Part shown: positions 27,090 to 36,102 of the stretch, piece by piece | How positions within the stretch are numbered: the first letter of the stretch is position 1 | Layout of the letters: every line of letters begins with the position of its first letter | NCBI GenBank assembly: GCA_009838975.1 | Contig: VXQO01000143.1 | Span: 8,764-72,763 of the forward strand | Origin: Gemmatimonadota bacterium | GTDB taxonomy: Bacteria; Gemmatimonadota; Gemmatimonadetes; Longimicrobiales; Gaopeijiaceae | Length of the DNA: 64,000 nucleotides | Direction: 5' to 3' | Position numbers and translations under genes: made by a program | Notes under the pieces: model-generated | The model's database searches: none | The model's input: only the letters and a program-made list of their open reading frames with translations | Told to the model about the DNA's origin: nothing

Positions 27090-28598
27090 CTACCAGCTCC
27101 ACCCGGGATCCACCGCCTTCACGACCATCCCGAGCGCCTCGTACTCCCGACCCGTGCGGTCGGGCGCGTGGGCAGCCGGCGACCGGTGGCTCTGCACCAC
27201 CATCACCAGATCGCGCGATGGGATGATGTAGGTCCGCTGCTCCCCCGCCCCCGCCGCGTTGTAGGCGTCGGTCGGCAGCGTAGGAATACGAATCCCCACC
27301 CCATCCTCGCCGGCCGGATTGACCCAGAACTGGCCGCCGTAGACCGGCGGATCCCACGCCGGCGCCGGTGAACTCACAAAGTCCACGAACTCCTCGGGCA
27401 ACAGCCGCTCGCCGTTCCACATCCCCCGTTGCAGATAGAGCATCCCGATCCGCGCCCAGTTGCGGGGCGTGCCGTAGTTGTACCCGGTCAGGATGAAGTT
27501 ACCGTGCGCGTCGGTCTCCATGATGAAGCGGCGGATCCCCACCTTGTCGAACAGCGCCCGCTGGGGCCAGGACAGATACTCCTCGCCGAGTTCGTTCTCT
27601 ACCACCCGCCGCACGATGTACCCCAGCGTCCACGGGTCCGAGTTCCGGTAGCGGCCGACCGTGTTGGGCGGGAACTCGACCTCCCGCGTAGTCGAGAACC
27701 TGAACACGTCGATCGGGGCCCCGTACCCCAGCCAGTGGTCCCACTGCCCCGGAATGAACGCGTGCGCCATCTGTTCCGGGGTGGCTCCCGAGTTGGTGAA
27801 ACGGAGGCCGGAGGACATGCGAAGCAGGTCGGCGATCCGGATCGCGGCGCGCGGATCGCCAGCGGAGTTCTTCCATTCGGGCACCGGCGCCGCCTGCCAG
27901 AGGTCGAGATGGCCCATCTGGATGAGCCGGCCGATGAGCGTGGCTGTCATGCTCTTCCCCATCGACCAGCTTTCGAGCTGCGTGTCCTTGTGCACTCCGG
28001 GACCGTACTCCTCGGCGATGATCCGCCCGCGGTGCACCGCCACGAAGGCGGCGCGGTTGTCGCCGGGCGTGAACATCAGCTGCACCGCTTCCGCGACGAG
28101 TTCGGCGTCCACATCGTCCGGGAGCGGCTCGTCCGGGAGGAGATCGCCCATGGGCCAGGGGGTCGTGGCCGCGTCGGGTAGCGTGCTCACCACCCGGCGC
28201 GGCGTAAAGAACACCTTGTCGGTCCAGCGGGGCAGGATCACGCAGCCCTGATCGCCGAAGTGCCGCGCGCGGCCCGCCACGCCGTCGTGCGACGCGGTAA
28301 CGATGCGGCGCTCCTGGTCGACATCGAAGGTGAGTCGGCCGTCCTCGTAGTCGCGCACCTCGTCCCCGGTGAGGAGGATACTCTGGTACAGCGCGTCGCG
28401 GCGGTCCCGCTCCGAGACCCAGATCGCCGAGCAGAAGCGCTTGGCCGAGCCGTTCAGGGCGATCTCGGGCGGCGGGGTGACGGCGGGCTCGGCGGACGAA
28501 CCGTCGGCCTCCCCTTCGACGGGAACCTCGGGTGCCGCGCATGCGATCGCCCAGATGGCCGCAAACAGAACCGTGCCGACGTTTGTGAACTTTTTCAC
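27090..28598 (-). CDS. Beta-lactamase-fold serine hydrolase (class C / D-aminopeptidase-like), lipoprotein-type signal
   Basis: GAGGAG SD then GTG at 28598 (VKKFTNVGTVLFAAIWAIACA). SxxK motif in ESWSMGKSMTATLIG. The track ORF extends further upstream without support. Confidence 0.8.
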   Translation of the reverse strand: MKKFTNVGTVLFAAIWAIACAAPEVPVEGEADGSSAEPAVTPPPEIALNGSAKRFCSAIWVSERDRRDALYQSILLTGDEVRDYEDGRLTFDVDQERRIVTASHDGVAGRARHFGDQGCVILPRWTDKVFFTPRRVVSTLPDAATTPWPMGDLLPDEPLPDDVDAELVAEAVQLMFTPGDNRAAFVAVHRGRIIAEEYGPGVHKDTQLESWSMGKSMTATLIGRLIQMGHLDLWQAAPVPEWKNSAGDPRAAIRIADLLRMSSGLRFTNSGATPEQMAHAFIPGQWDHWLGYGAPIDVFRFSTTREVEFPPNTVGRYRNSDPWTLGYIVRRVVENELGEEYLSWPQRALFDKVGIRRFIMETDAHGNFILTGYNYGTPRNWARIGMLYLQRGMWNGERLLPEEFVDFVSSPAPAWDPPVYGGQFWVNPAGEDGVGIRIPTLPTDAYNAAGAGEQRTYIIPSRDLVMVVQSHRSPAAHAPDRTGREYEALGMVVKAVDPGWSW

Positions 28599-28733
28599 GA
28601 TGCTTCTCCTCGCAGTGCCGGTGCCCGCGACCGGGCCACCCCGTTTGATTTCCCCCAGACTCGCGCTGATATTGGCGCCATCGCACGCCAGACGCACGGT
28701 CGAGCGCGATTTGACACGCCCAAGGAGGTCTTC

Positions 28734-30761
28734 ATGAAGACGCGGTACTTCCTCCTCTCCGCACCCCTGCTCCTCGCCCTTGCCTCGACGGCCCCGGCCG
28801 CCGCACAGGACACCTCCGGCCTCCTCGACATGGATACCTACATGGAAATGGAGTCCGTGGGCAATCCGCGCATCTCGCCCGACGGGAACCACATCCTGTT
28901 CACCCGGGGCAGCGTGGACAAGATGAACGACCGGAACCAGAGCAACCTCATGATCATGGACCTGGCCACCCGGCGGATCCGTGAGCTCGAGACCGGGAGT
29001 TTCGAGGTGTCGTCGCCGATCTGGTCTCCGGACGGCACGCGGATCGCCTTTCTATCCGACAAGAGCGGGACGAACCAGGTCCACATGATGTGGCTCGATA
29101 CGCGCGAGACGGTGCAGCTCACGAACCTGGACCGGGCGCCGGGCGGCATCCGCTGGTCGCCCGACGGGACGCAGATCTCGTTCACGATGTTCCTGCCCGA
29201 GACGGGGTCGCCGCTGCCGATCAGGATGCCGGCCTTCCCGCGGGGCGCGAATGTCGCCGCGCCAGCCGTGGTCGAGGACCGGATCGCATGGGCGCGGGAC
29301 GGGCGCGGCTACACGCCCAAGGGGAACACGCAGATCTTCATCGTCGACGCGGAATTGGGCGGAACTCCCCGCCAGATCACCTCCGGCGAGAACTCCCACA
29401 ACAATCCGCGCTGGTCGCCGGACGGTTCGAAGCTCTACTTCAGCGCGGATCTGATCCCGGACGAGGGCTACGAGCGTGGCAACTCCGAGGTGCACGCCAT
29501 CGATCTCACGACCCTGGAGATCACCACGCTGACCGACCGGCTCGGCCCCGACAACGGCCCGAATCCGTCGCCCGACGGCAGCATGATCGCCTACACCGGC
29601 TACGACCAGAACGAGAACTACAGCAACCTGTCCAACCTGTACCTGATGGACGCCGACGGCCGCAACAGCCGCATGCTCGCCGGGAACCTCGCGAACTCCC
29701 CGGGCGGCGTGACCTGGGCTCCGGACGGTTCGGGGGTCTACTTCACGCTGGGCAAGGAGGGCTCGTCGAACCTTCACTTCGTGTCGACCGACGGGCAGAT
29801 GGAGCAGGTCACCCAGGGGGTCCACTACATCACGGGCGTCTCGATCGCGAACAACGGGCGCGTGGCGGCGACCAATTCGACCTTCTACCGGCCCAATTAC
29901 CTGATCACCTTCGATCTCGACGACGCGGGCGAGCTCGAGACCCTGGTCGACTACAACGAGGACGTCCTCGCCGACATCAAGCTGGGCGAAGTCGAGGAGA
30001 TCTGGACCGAGTCCTTCGACGGCTGGCGGGTGCAGGGCTGGCTCATGAAGCCCGCCAACTACGAGCCCGGCCAGAAGTACCCGCTGCTGCTCTGGATCCA
30101 CGGCGGGCCCGTCTCGATGTACACCGTGCGCTGGAACTGGAACTGGCAGAACTTCGCGGCGGACGGCTACGCCGTGCTGTGGATGAACCCCCGCGGAAGC
30201 ACCGGATACGGCCAGGACTTCGTCAACGGCATCAACTACCTGTACCCCGGCAACGACTTCCACGACCTCATGGCGAGCGTCGACGCCGCCATCGACCGCG
30301 GCTTCATCGACGAGGACAACATGTTCGTCACCGGGAGCAGCGGGGGCGGGGTGCTGACCGCCTGGATCGTGGGCCACACGGACCGCTTCCGCGCGGCCGT
30401 GTCACAGCGGCCCGTCATCAACTGGCACTCCTTCGTGGGTACCACCGACGGCTCGGGCTGGTATCGCCGCTTCCGCTCCTTCCCGTGGGAGGACCCGATG
30501 GAGTACGCCGAGCGCTCACCGCTCCAATACGTCGGCAACGTGACCACGCCCACAATGCTGCTCTCGGGGGTCGAGGACCTGCGCACCCCGATGCCCCAGG
30601 CCGAGGAGTTCTACCGCGCGCTCAAGGTGCTCGGCCAGGAGACGATGCACGTCAAGATCCCGGACGAGTACCACGGTTCGCGCTCGGTCTCGCACCGGAT
30701 CATGACGCAGCTCTACCTGAAGGCCTGGTTCGACAGGTACAGGGACAAGCCGATCGCGTAG
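28734..30761 (+). CDS. S9-family serine peptidase (acylaminoacyl-peptidase / dipeptidyl-peptidase type) with N-terminal beta-propeller
   Basis: AAGGAGG SD at 28722-28728. Signal MKTRYFLLSAPLLLALASTAPAAAQ. Repeated WSPDG propeller motifs. Catalytic GSSGGG, with downstream D and H (EYHGS). Confidence 0.9.
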   Translation: MKTRYFLLSAPLLLALASTAPAAAQDTSGLLDMDTYMEMESVGNPRISPDGNHILFTRGSVDKMNDRNQSNLMIMDLATRRIRELETGSFEVSSPIWSPDGTRIAFLSDKSGTNQVHMMWLDTRETVQLTNLDRAPGGIRWSPDGTQISFTMFLPETGSPLPIRMPAFPRGANVAAPAVVEDRIAWARDGRGYTPKGNTQIFIVDAELGGTPRQITSGENSHNNPRWSPDGSKLYFSADLIPDEGYERGNSEVHAIDLTTLEITTLTDRLGPDNGPNPSPDGSMIAYTGYDQNENYSNLSNLYLMDADGRNSRMLAGNLANSPGGVTWAPDGSGVYFTLGKEGSSNLHFVSTDGQMEQVTQGVHYITGVSIANNGRVAATNSTFYRPNYLITFDLDDAGELETLVDYNEDVLADIKLGEVEEIWTESFDGWRVQGWLMKPANYEPGQKYPLLLWIHGGPVSMYTVRWNWNWQNFAADGYAVLWMNPRGSTGYGQDFVNGINYLYPGNDFHDLMASVDAAIDRGFIDEDNMFVTGSSGGGVLTAWIVGHTDRFRAAVSQRPVINWHSFVGTTDGSGWYRRFRSFPWEDPMEYAERSPLQYVGNVTTPTMLLSGVEDLRTPMPQAEEFYRALKVLGQETMHVKIPDEYHGSRSVSHRIMTQLYLKAWFDRYRDKPIA

Positions 30762-30787
30762 CAGCCGCGCACACCCCTACAACGCCC

Positions 30788-30825
30788 AAGGGCCCGGGAC
30801 GCTCACGACGGCGTCCCGGGCCCTT
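30788..30825. terminator. Strong 15-bp-stem hairpin between convergent genes (bidirectional terminator candidate)
   Basis: AAGGGCCCGGGACGC-N8-GCGTCCCGGGCCCTT, read directly from the sequence. It lies between the S9 peptidase stop (30761) and the OmpA-like stop (30856). Confidence 0.6.
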
Positions 30826-30855
30826 GCGGTTGATCGGGCCGGCAGCGGCAGGCCG

Positions 30856-32571
30856 CTAGCCCAGCGCCCTCCTCGGCGCCGGGAACGGCGTTACCCCACG
30901 GGCGACCGGTGCGAATCCTGCCTTCACAGCCAAGCTGCTTTCGGACCCGCCGCGGAACGCAGCGACCCCACGTGCCGAAGCCGCCGGCAATCCGGCTCTC
31001 GAGCCCAGCATCGCGACCTGGACCCCCTGCTCGAGGTCGAGCCCGGCACCCGGCTCATCGGTACTGCCGGCATCGCCGTTGTAGCTCCACCGCGACGGCG
31101 TGACCACCGTATCCGCCATCTCGATCTGCCGTTCCGTGAACGTCGTATCGGGAACCATGGTCGTGTCGGCCGTAATCACCGTCTCAGGAGTCGTCTCGCG
31201 CGTGATGGTGAATTCCACGCGCCGGTTCTGCGCCCGGGCCTCGGCGCTGCGGCCCGGCGTCAGCGGCATGCTCTCGCCGTGCGACATGGCGGAGAGGCGT
31301 CCCGACCCGATCCCGCCTCCCGTCAGGGCCTCCACCACGGCGTTGGCGCGCTCCATGCCCAGGTCGATGTTGTACTGCTCGGTCCCGATCTCGTCGGCAT
31401 GGCCCTCAATGCTGATTTCCACGCCCGGGTTGTTCCTCAGGATGGCCGATTTGGCCTGCACCTGGGACTGGCCCGTCTCGGTCAGGTCGGCCTGGTCGAA
31501 CTCGAAGAGGATCATTGCCTCGAGGGTCGCGCGGTCGCTGGCGGCAAGCGCACGGCCCTCGACCGTGGTGTCGGCCGTGATGACCGCGCGCATGGTCACG
31601 GTCGTGTCGACCACGGTGACCGTGTACGGGGTGATCACGGTATCGGCCTTGTTCGACGGCAGGGCGATCGTGCCCATCACCCCGAACTTGCGGGAGCGGA
31701 AGGTGGATGAGCCGTCGTGCGCGACGCCGAGCGCAAAACCGCCGACCCGGACGTAGCCGAGGTCGAGCTGCACGCCCGCATTCATGTCGAATCCGTTGTA
31801 TTCACCCACCAGGTTCAGTTGGCGGCGTCCGCCCATGCCGATGTGAATCCCCGCCCCGGCAAAGATCCCGCCCGAACTGCCGTCATGGTGAAAACTGTCC
31901 AGTTCCTCGCCGCCCCCGGCAGAGAATACCCCGGAGCCCCATCCCCCGGTCAGGCTGATCGCACTGGCGTCCGAAACCGGCAGATGCGCCGTTGCGACGG
32001 CGTACGGGCTCAGGTTCGCGCTGTACTCCTCGTCGCCCACATCCGCATGGAGCCGCGAATCGGGGTAGCCCAGGCGGTTGGGCTGGAAGTCGTACGCGTA
32101 CCGGTCACCGAAGGTCGGGGAATTGGTGTAGCGCGCCCCGACGGCCAGGTCGAAGTTGTTGACCGAACTCGGCATGAGCGACACCCGAGCGAAGCCGCCG
32201 ATCAGGTTGCCCCCGTCCTCGACCGCCGCGAAGTGCTGGAGCGACGCACCCAGCTCGACCCGGTCGAAGAGTCCGATCGCCACGGACGCGTCCGACAACC
32301 ACTTCTCGTACGACGGTCCCACCGTGATGAAGTTGCCCATCGGGTCCACGATCACGAAGTCGGGGATCGACGCGGTGAAGCCCGAATAGGTGGCGGTGAA
32401 GGCCATATGCGGCAGCACGGATGCCACGGGGATGTCCAGCAGACCCGAGCCGTAGCGAAGCGTGCTGGGCATCCTGACGTTCTGCGGTGAGGCCGGCTGG
32501 ACCAGGAACAGAAGTCCAAGAACGGCCAGCGCTCCGGAGCGGAGCCTTGAAGCGCGGTGGATCGCCTGCAT
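30856..32571 (-). CDS. OmpA-domain outer-membrane protein
   Basis: Signal-like MQAIHRASRLRSGALAVLGLLFLVQPASPQ. OmpA_C motif ILFEFDQADL...ISIEGHADEIGTEQYNIDLGMERANAV...NRRVEFTI. Alternative start at 32634. Confidence 0.8.
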   Translation of the reverse strand: MQAIHRASRLRSGALAVLGLLFLVQPASPQNVRMPSTLRYGSGLLDIPVASVLPHMAFTATYSGFTASIPDFVIVDPMGNFITVGPSYEKWLSDASVAIGLFDRVELGASLQHFAAVEDGGNLIGGFARVSLMPSSVNNFDLAVGARYTNSPTFGDRYAYDFQPNRLGYPDSRLHADVGDEEYSANLSPYAVATAHLPVSDASAISLTGGWGSGVFSAGGGEELDSFHHDGSSGGIFAGAGIHIGMGGRRQLNLVGEYNGFDMNAGVQLDLGYVRVGGFALGVAHDGSSTFRSRKFGVMGTIALPSNKADTVITPYTVTVVDTTVTMRAVITADTTVEGRALAASDRATLEAMILFEFDQADLTETGQSQVQAKSAILRNNPGVEISIEGHADEIGTEQYNIDLGMERANAVVEALTGGGIGSGRLSAMSHGESMPLTPGRSAEARAQNRRVEFTITRETTPETVITADTTMVPDTTFTERQIEMADTVVTPSRWSYNGDAGSTDEPGAGLDLEQGVQVAMLGSRAGLPAASARGVAAFRGGSESSLAVKAGFAPVARGVTPFPAPRRALG

Positions 32572-32823
32572 GGGTAAACCTCCATGGACGCGCCCCGCCG
32601 TCGCGGGGGCTGTAGCGAAAAGGATTGGGTTCATCTTCCAACAGAAGGGGCGAACCGGCTTTTTGGCAAGAGTCAGGCTTCATTTCGTGCGGCCATTCCG
32701 TAACTTGCGTCGCCATCCGACACTGGTTGCTGTGGCTTGCACTCTGGTCCCCTCCCCCTGTTGCCGAGATATTGACCGGATAACGACCCCGTGACCGATT
32801 CCGATCCCAAGGAGGCACACCCG

Positions 32824-33378
32824 ATGACATTCGAGACCATGGCCATCGTCGCCGTCACCGCCGGACTGCTGCTCACGGCAGCCTGTACCCCGGCCGCCGA
32901 GTCGCCAGACGCGGACGCAACCGTCGCCGATACCGAAACCGCCACCCCCGCACCCCACCCCGAGGAAGCCGCCGTCGTGGCCGCCGTCGAGCAGCTTTTC
33001 GAGGCCATGCGCGTCGGCGACAGCGAGATGGCGAGAGCCGTATTCCACCCGGACGCCCGGCTGGGTCGCGCCGGCGAGGACGGAATCAGCTTCCGACCCG
33101 CCGACGGCTTCATCGAGATGATCGGCCAGCCCCGCGACGAGGTCTACGACGAGCCCGTCTGGGACTGGACCGTGCAGATCGACGGCCGCCTCGCCCAGAT
33201 GTGGACCCGTTACGCCTTCTACCGCGACGAGGAGTTCTCGCACTGCGGCTGGGAGGGATTCCAGCTCTACAGGAGCGACACCGGCTGGCAGATCACCCAG
33301 CTCATTGACACGATGCGCCGCGAGGACTGCTTCTATCCCCCCGGACGCGAGCCCGCGCAGGAGTCCGAAGGCACATGA
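32824..33378 (+). CDS. NTF2-like (SnoaL/DUF4440-type) lipoprotein
   Basis: AAGGAGG SD at 32809-32815. Lipobox LLLTAAC. EEAAVVAAVEQLFEAMRVGDSEMARAVFHPDARL...WDWTVQIDGRLAQMWTRYAFY is the NTF2-fold pattern. Confidence 0.6.
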   Translation: MTFETMAIVAVTAGLLLTAACTPAAESPDADATVADTETATPAPHPEEAAVVAAVEQLFEAMRVGDSEMARAVFHPDARLGRAGEDGISFRPADGFIEMIGQPRDEVYDEPVWDWTVQIDGRLAQMWTRYAFYRDEEFSHCGWEGFQLYRSDTGWQITQLIDTMRREDCFYPPGREPAQESEGT

Positions 33379-35258
33379 GAAAAGGACCCCCGGCCTCAAG
33401 AGCGGCCCTGACGGCGGCGCCTGCGGCCCTGGCAGTCCACGGACTGCTGTTCCTCGCCTCCTGCACCGCCGACGCTCCCGCGCCCACCACCGCCGAGGTC
33501 GAAGCCCTCGCGCAGTCGGTCAAGGACGCGATCACCACCGACGCGCTCATGACGTACTCCGCCATGATCGCCGAGCACGAGCGCCCGTCGGGGGGACCCG
33601 GCGAGAACGCCGCGATCGACACGATCGTGGCCACGCTGGAGGGGCGCGGCGTTCCGGTCCTCGTGCACGAGCTCGCCGCCTACGCGAGCGACCCCGTCTC
33701 GGCCACCGTCACTGTCCCCGGCACCGACTTTTCCCCGCCCGCGATCACCATGGCCTATTCGGCTTCGTCGCAGGGCACTGTCGGCGAGGTCGTCGACATG
33801 GGCACGCTCGCGGACCTGCCGCGGCTCGAGGTCGGCACCGGAGAGCGTCTCGTCATCGAGGGCGAGGAGTTCGGCGTCGACCTCCCCGACCTGGGCGGCA
33901 AGGTCGCCATCGTGGACGGCCAGCCGCGCAACGTCCCCACGATCGCGCTGGAGCGCATGGGCGCGGCAGCGGTCGTCTTCGTCAACCCCGAGGAGCGCCT
34001 CAACGAGCTGATCGTGACCTCCACGTGGGGCAGCCCGTCGCTGATGAACCACCACCGGCTGCCGCGCATCCCGGTGGCGCAGATCATGCGCAGCGCGGGA
34101 GAGGAGCTGCGCGCCCTGATGGCGGACGGGCCGGTCGAGCTGCGCGTCGAGACCGAGGTCGCGACCGGGTGGAAGACGATGCGCCTCGCGCTCGCGACGA
34201 TCGGGCCGGACGGCGTGGAGAACGCGCCGTACGTGGTTCTGGGCGGCCACATCGACGGGTGGTATCACGGCGCGACCGACGAGGCCGCCTCGAATGCGGC
34301 CATGCTGGCGATGGCGCTGGCCTTCCACGATGTGCGCGACCGGTTGCGGCACGGCCTGGTGGTCGCGTGGTGGCCCGGACACAGCAACGCGCGCTACGCC
34401 GGGTCAACCTGGTACGCCGACGAGTTCTTCACCGGGTTGCGCGCCCGCGGCCTGGCCTACATGAACATCGATGGGGTGGGCCAGATGGGCGCCAGGCGGT
34501 TCGGCGCCTCCGCGTCCGAGGCCTTCCAGCCCTTTGCCAGCCGTGTGGTGGCCGAGACGCAGGGCGTGGAGATCTCGCCGTCGCGGCCGGGCCGCAATTC
34601 GGACCAGGCCTTCAACGGGGTAGGACTGCCGCTGCTCCAGTTCAATCACACGCGCCTCGCCGAGGATGGCGGCTACTGGTGGTGGCACACCGCCGAGGAC
34701 ACCTACGACAAGATCGACGGCGACATCCTGAAGACCGACACCGACATCTACGCCCACGCCCTGGCCGAGATGCTGGCCGGGGCGCGCTACCCGGTCAGCC
34801 TCGCCGCGCAGGTCGAGGCGCTGGCGGCCGCGATCGCGGTCCGCGAAGAGGCGGCCGGCGGTGCACTGCAACTGGACCGCCACCTGGGGAACCGCATGGA
34901 GCGCCTGCGCAGGGTCGCGGCGGACCTGGACGAACGGGCCGACGCGGGCGAGATCGGAGCCGTTGACCAGGTGGCCTTCGTGCGGCCGCTGCACCGGGTC
35001 ATGTACGTGCCCCTGAACGACTACCACCCCGATCCCGGCGTCAGCCTGGGGCCGCTTCCCGGCCTGGCCCCGGCCCGGATTCTGGTGGACGAAGAAGCCG
35101 ACAGCGACCGGCGCGGCTTTGCGGTGCCGGTGCTCATGCGCGAGCGGAACCGCCTGATCGAGGCGGTGGACGAGGCGCTCGACGTGGGCTACATGCGAAC
35201 CACGCTGGCTTCGATTCGCCAGGAACTGAGCGAGATCAGAGAGGAGCGCGATCGGTAG
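33375..35258 (+). CDS. M28-family aminopeptidase with PA domain, lipoprotein signal
   Basis: ATG overlaps the upstream stop (ATGA at 33375-33378). Lipobox LLFLASC. PA-like GGKVAIVDGQPRNVPTIALERMGAAAVVFV. Metal site GGHIDGWYHGATDEAASNAAML. Confidence 0.85.
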   Translation: MRKGPPASRAALTAAPAALAVHGLLFLASCTADAPAPTTAEVEALAQSVKDAITTDALMTYSAMIAEHERPSGGPGENAAIDTIVATLEGRGVPVLVHELAAYASDPVSATVTVPGTDFSPPAITMAYSASSQGTVGEVVDMGTLADLPRLEVGTGERLVIEGEEFGVDLPDLGGKVAIVDGQPRNVPTIALERMGAAAVVFVNPEERLNELIVTSTWGSPSLMNHHRLPRIPVAQIMRSAGEELRALMADGPVELRVETEVATGWKTMRLALATIGPDGVENAPYVVLGGHIDGWYHGATDEAASNAAMLAMALAFHDVRDRLRHGLVVAWWPGHSNARYAGSTWYADEFFTGLRARGLAYMNIDGVGQMGARRFGASASEAFQPFASRVVAETQGVEISPSRPGRNSDQAFNGVGLPLLQFNHTRLAEDGGYWWWHTAEDTYDKIDGDILKTDTDIYAHALAEMLAGARYPVSLAAQVEALAAAIAVREEAAGGALQLDRHLGNRMERLRRVAADLDERADAGEIGAVDQVAFVRPLHRVMYVPLNDYHPDPGVSLGPLPGLAPARILVDEEADSDRRGFAVPVLMRERNRLIEAVDEALDVGYMRTTLASIRQELSEIREERDR

Positions 35259-35679
35259 GCCGGCGCTCTTTCCCGCCGCTGGGCATGCGCCCGGCGAGCT
35301 CCGGGAAGTAGTTCCGGTAGAATCCCCGGTCACGGGTGAGAAAGCTCTGGGCCGCGGCTGCCGCATGCGCCCCGATCAGGAAATCGGTGATGATCCGCGT
35401 GCGCCGACCGCCCGCACGCCGGTATTTCAGCCAGCGTCGCCCGGCGTCCCACGCGATCGAAACGTCGATGGGAGACGAAGTGGCGTTGATCAGCCGTAGG
35501 GCGTCGTCCAGTGCCTCGCGGTCGGGGAACGCAGGGGCCAATTCCGCGTAGACGATGTCGCAGACGACGATGGCCCCCGCGTCGTACGCGGTGCGCAGCC
35601 ATTCGGCGGAGGGTGGCCCGAAGGTGTCGTCGGGCAGAAACACGTCCAGAAGGACGCTGGTGTCCACAGCCGTGATCAT
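35236..35679 (-). CDS. vapC: PIN-domain toxin VapC
   Basis: MITAVDTSVLLDVF...VVCDIVYAEL...ITDFLIGAHAAAAAQSFLTRDRGF. The start overlaps the antitoxin stop. Confidence 0.85.
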   Translation of the reverse strand: MITAVDTSVLLDVFLPDDTFGPPSAEWLRTAYDAGAIVVCDIVYAELAPAFPDREALDDALRLINATSSPIDVSIAWDAGRRWLKYRRAGGRRTRIITDFLIGAHAAAAAQSFLTRDRGFYRNYFPELAGRMPSGGKERRPTDRAPL

Positions 35680-35921
35680 CGTCCGCGGATCGCCTCGAGG
35701 TAGTCGTTCGTTCGGCTCATGGGGTCATCGTCCCCGTCGCGCCCGAGAATCGCGTAGACGCGGTCGACGGGATGTTCTGCAGCACTTCGCTTGCGGATCA
35801 GAAGACCGGTGTCCGCCGGAACGATCTCGACCTCGACGTTGCGATTCATCCCGAAGCGGTCCCGCAGCCGCTTTGGAATGGTGATCTGTCCCCGCTCGGA
35901 GATGCGCATGCCATACTCCAT
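35676..35921 (-). CDS. vapB: AbrB/MazE/SpoVT-type antitoxin VapB
   Basis: MRISERGQITIPKRLRDRFG is the swapped-hairpin AbrB motif. Alternative start ATG at 35909. Confidence 0.85.
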   Translation of the reverse strand: MEYGMRISERGQITIPKRLRDRFGMNRNVEVEIVPADTGLLIRKRSAAEHPVDRVYAILGRDGDDDPMSRTNDYLEAIRGR

Positions 35922-36102
35922 ATGAATTACGTATGCTGAAGATCATATCCATGTATGCATGGGCATGCAATCCCCGGCCGGATCGCCGACCTGTCGCACA
36001 TCGTCGTGGCGCGGGTCATGCGGCGAGAAAAGGTTGACCATGGCGTCACGATCGGGCTATTGGTGCATGGCCCTCGACCCACTACTGCAACGAAAAGGCC
36101 CC

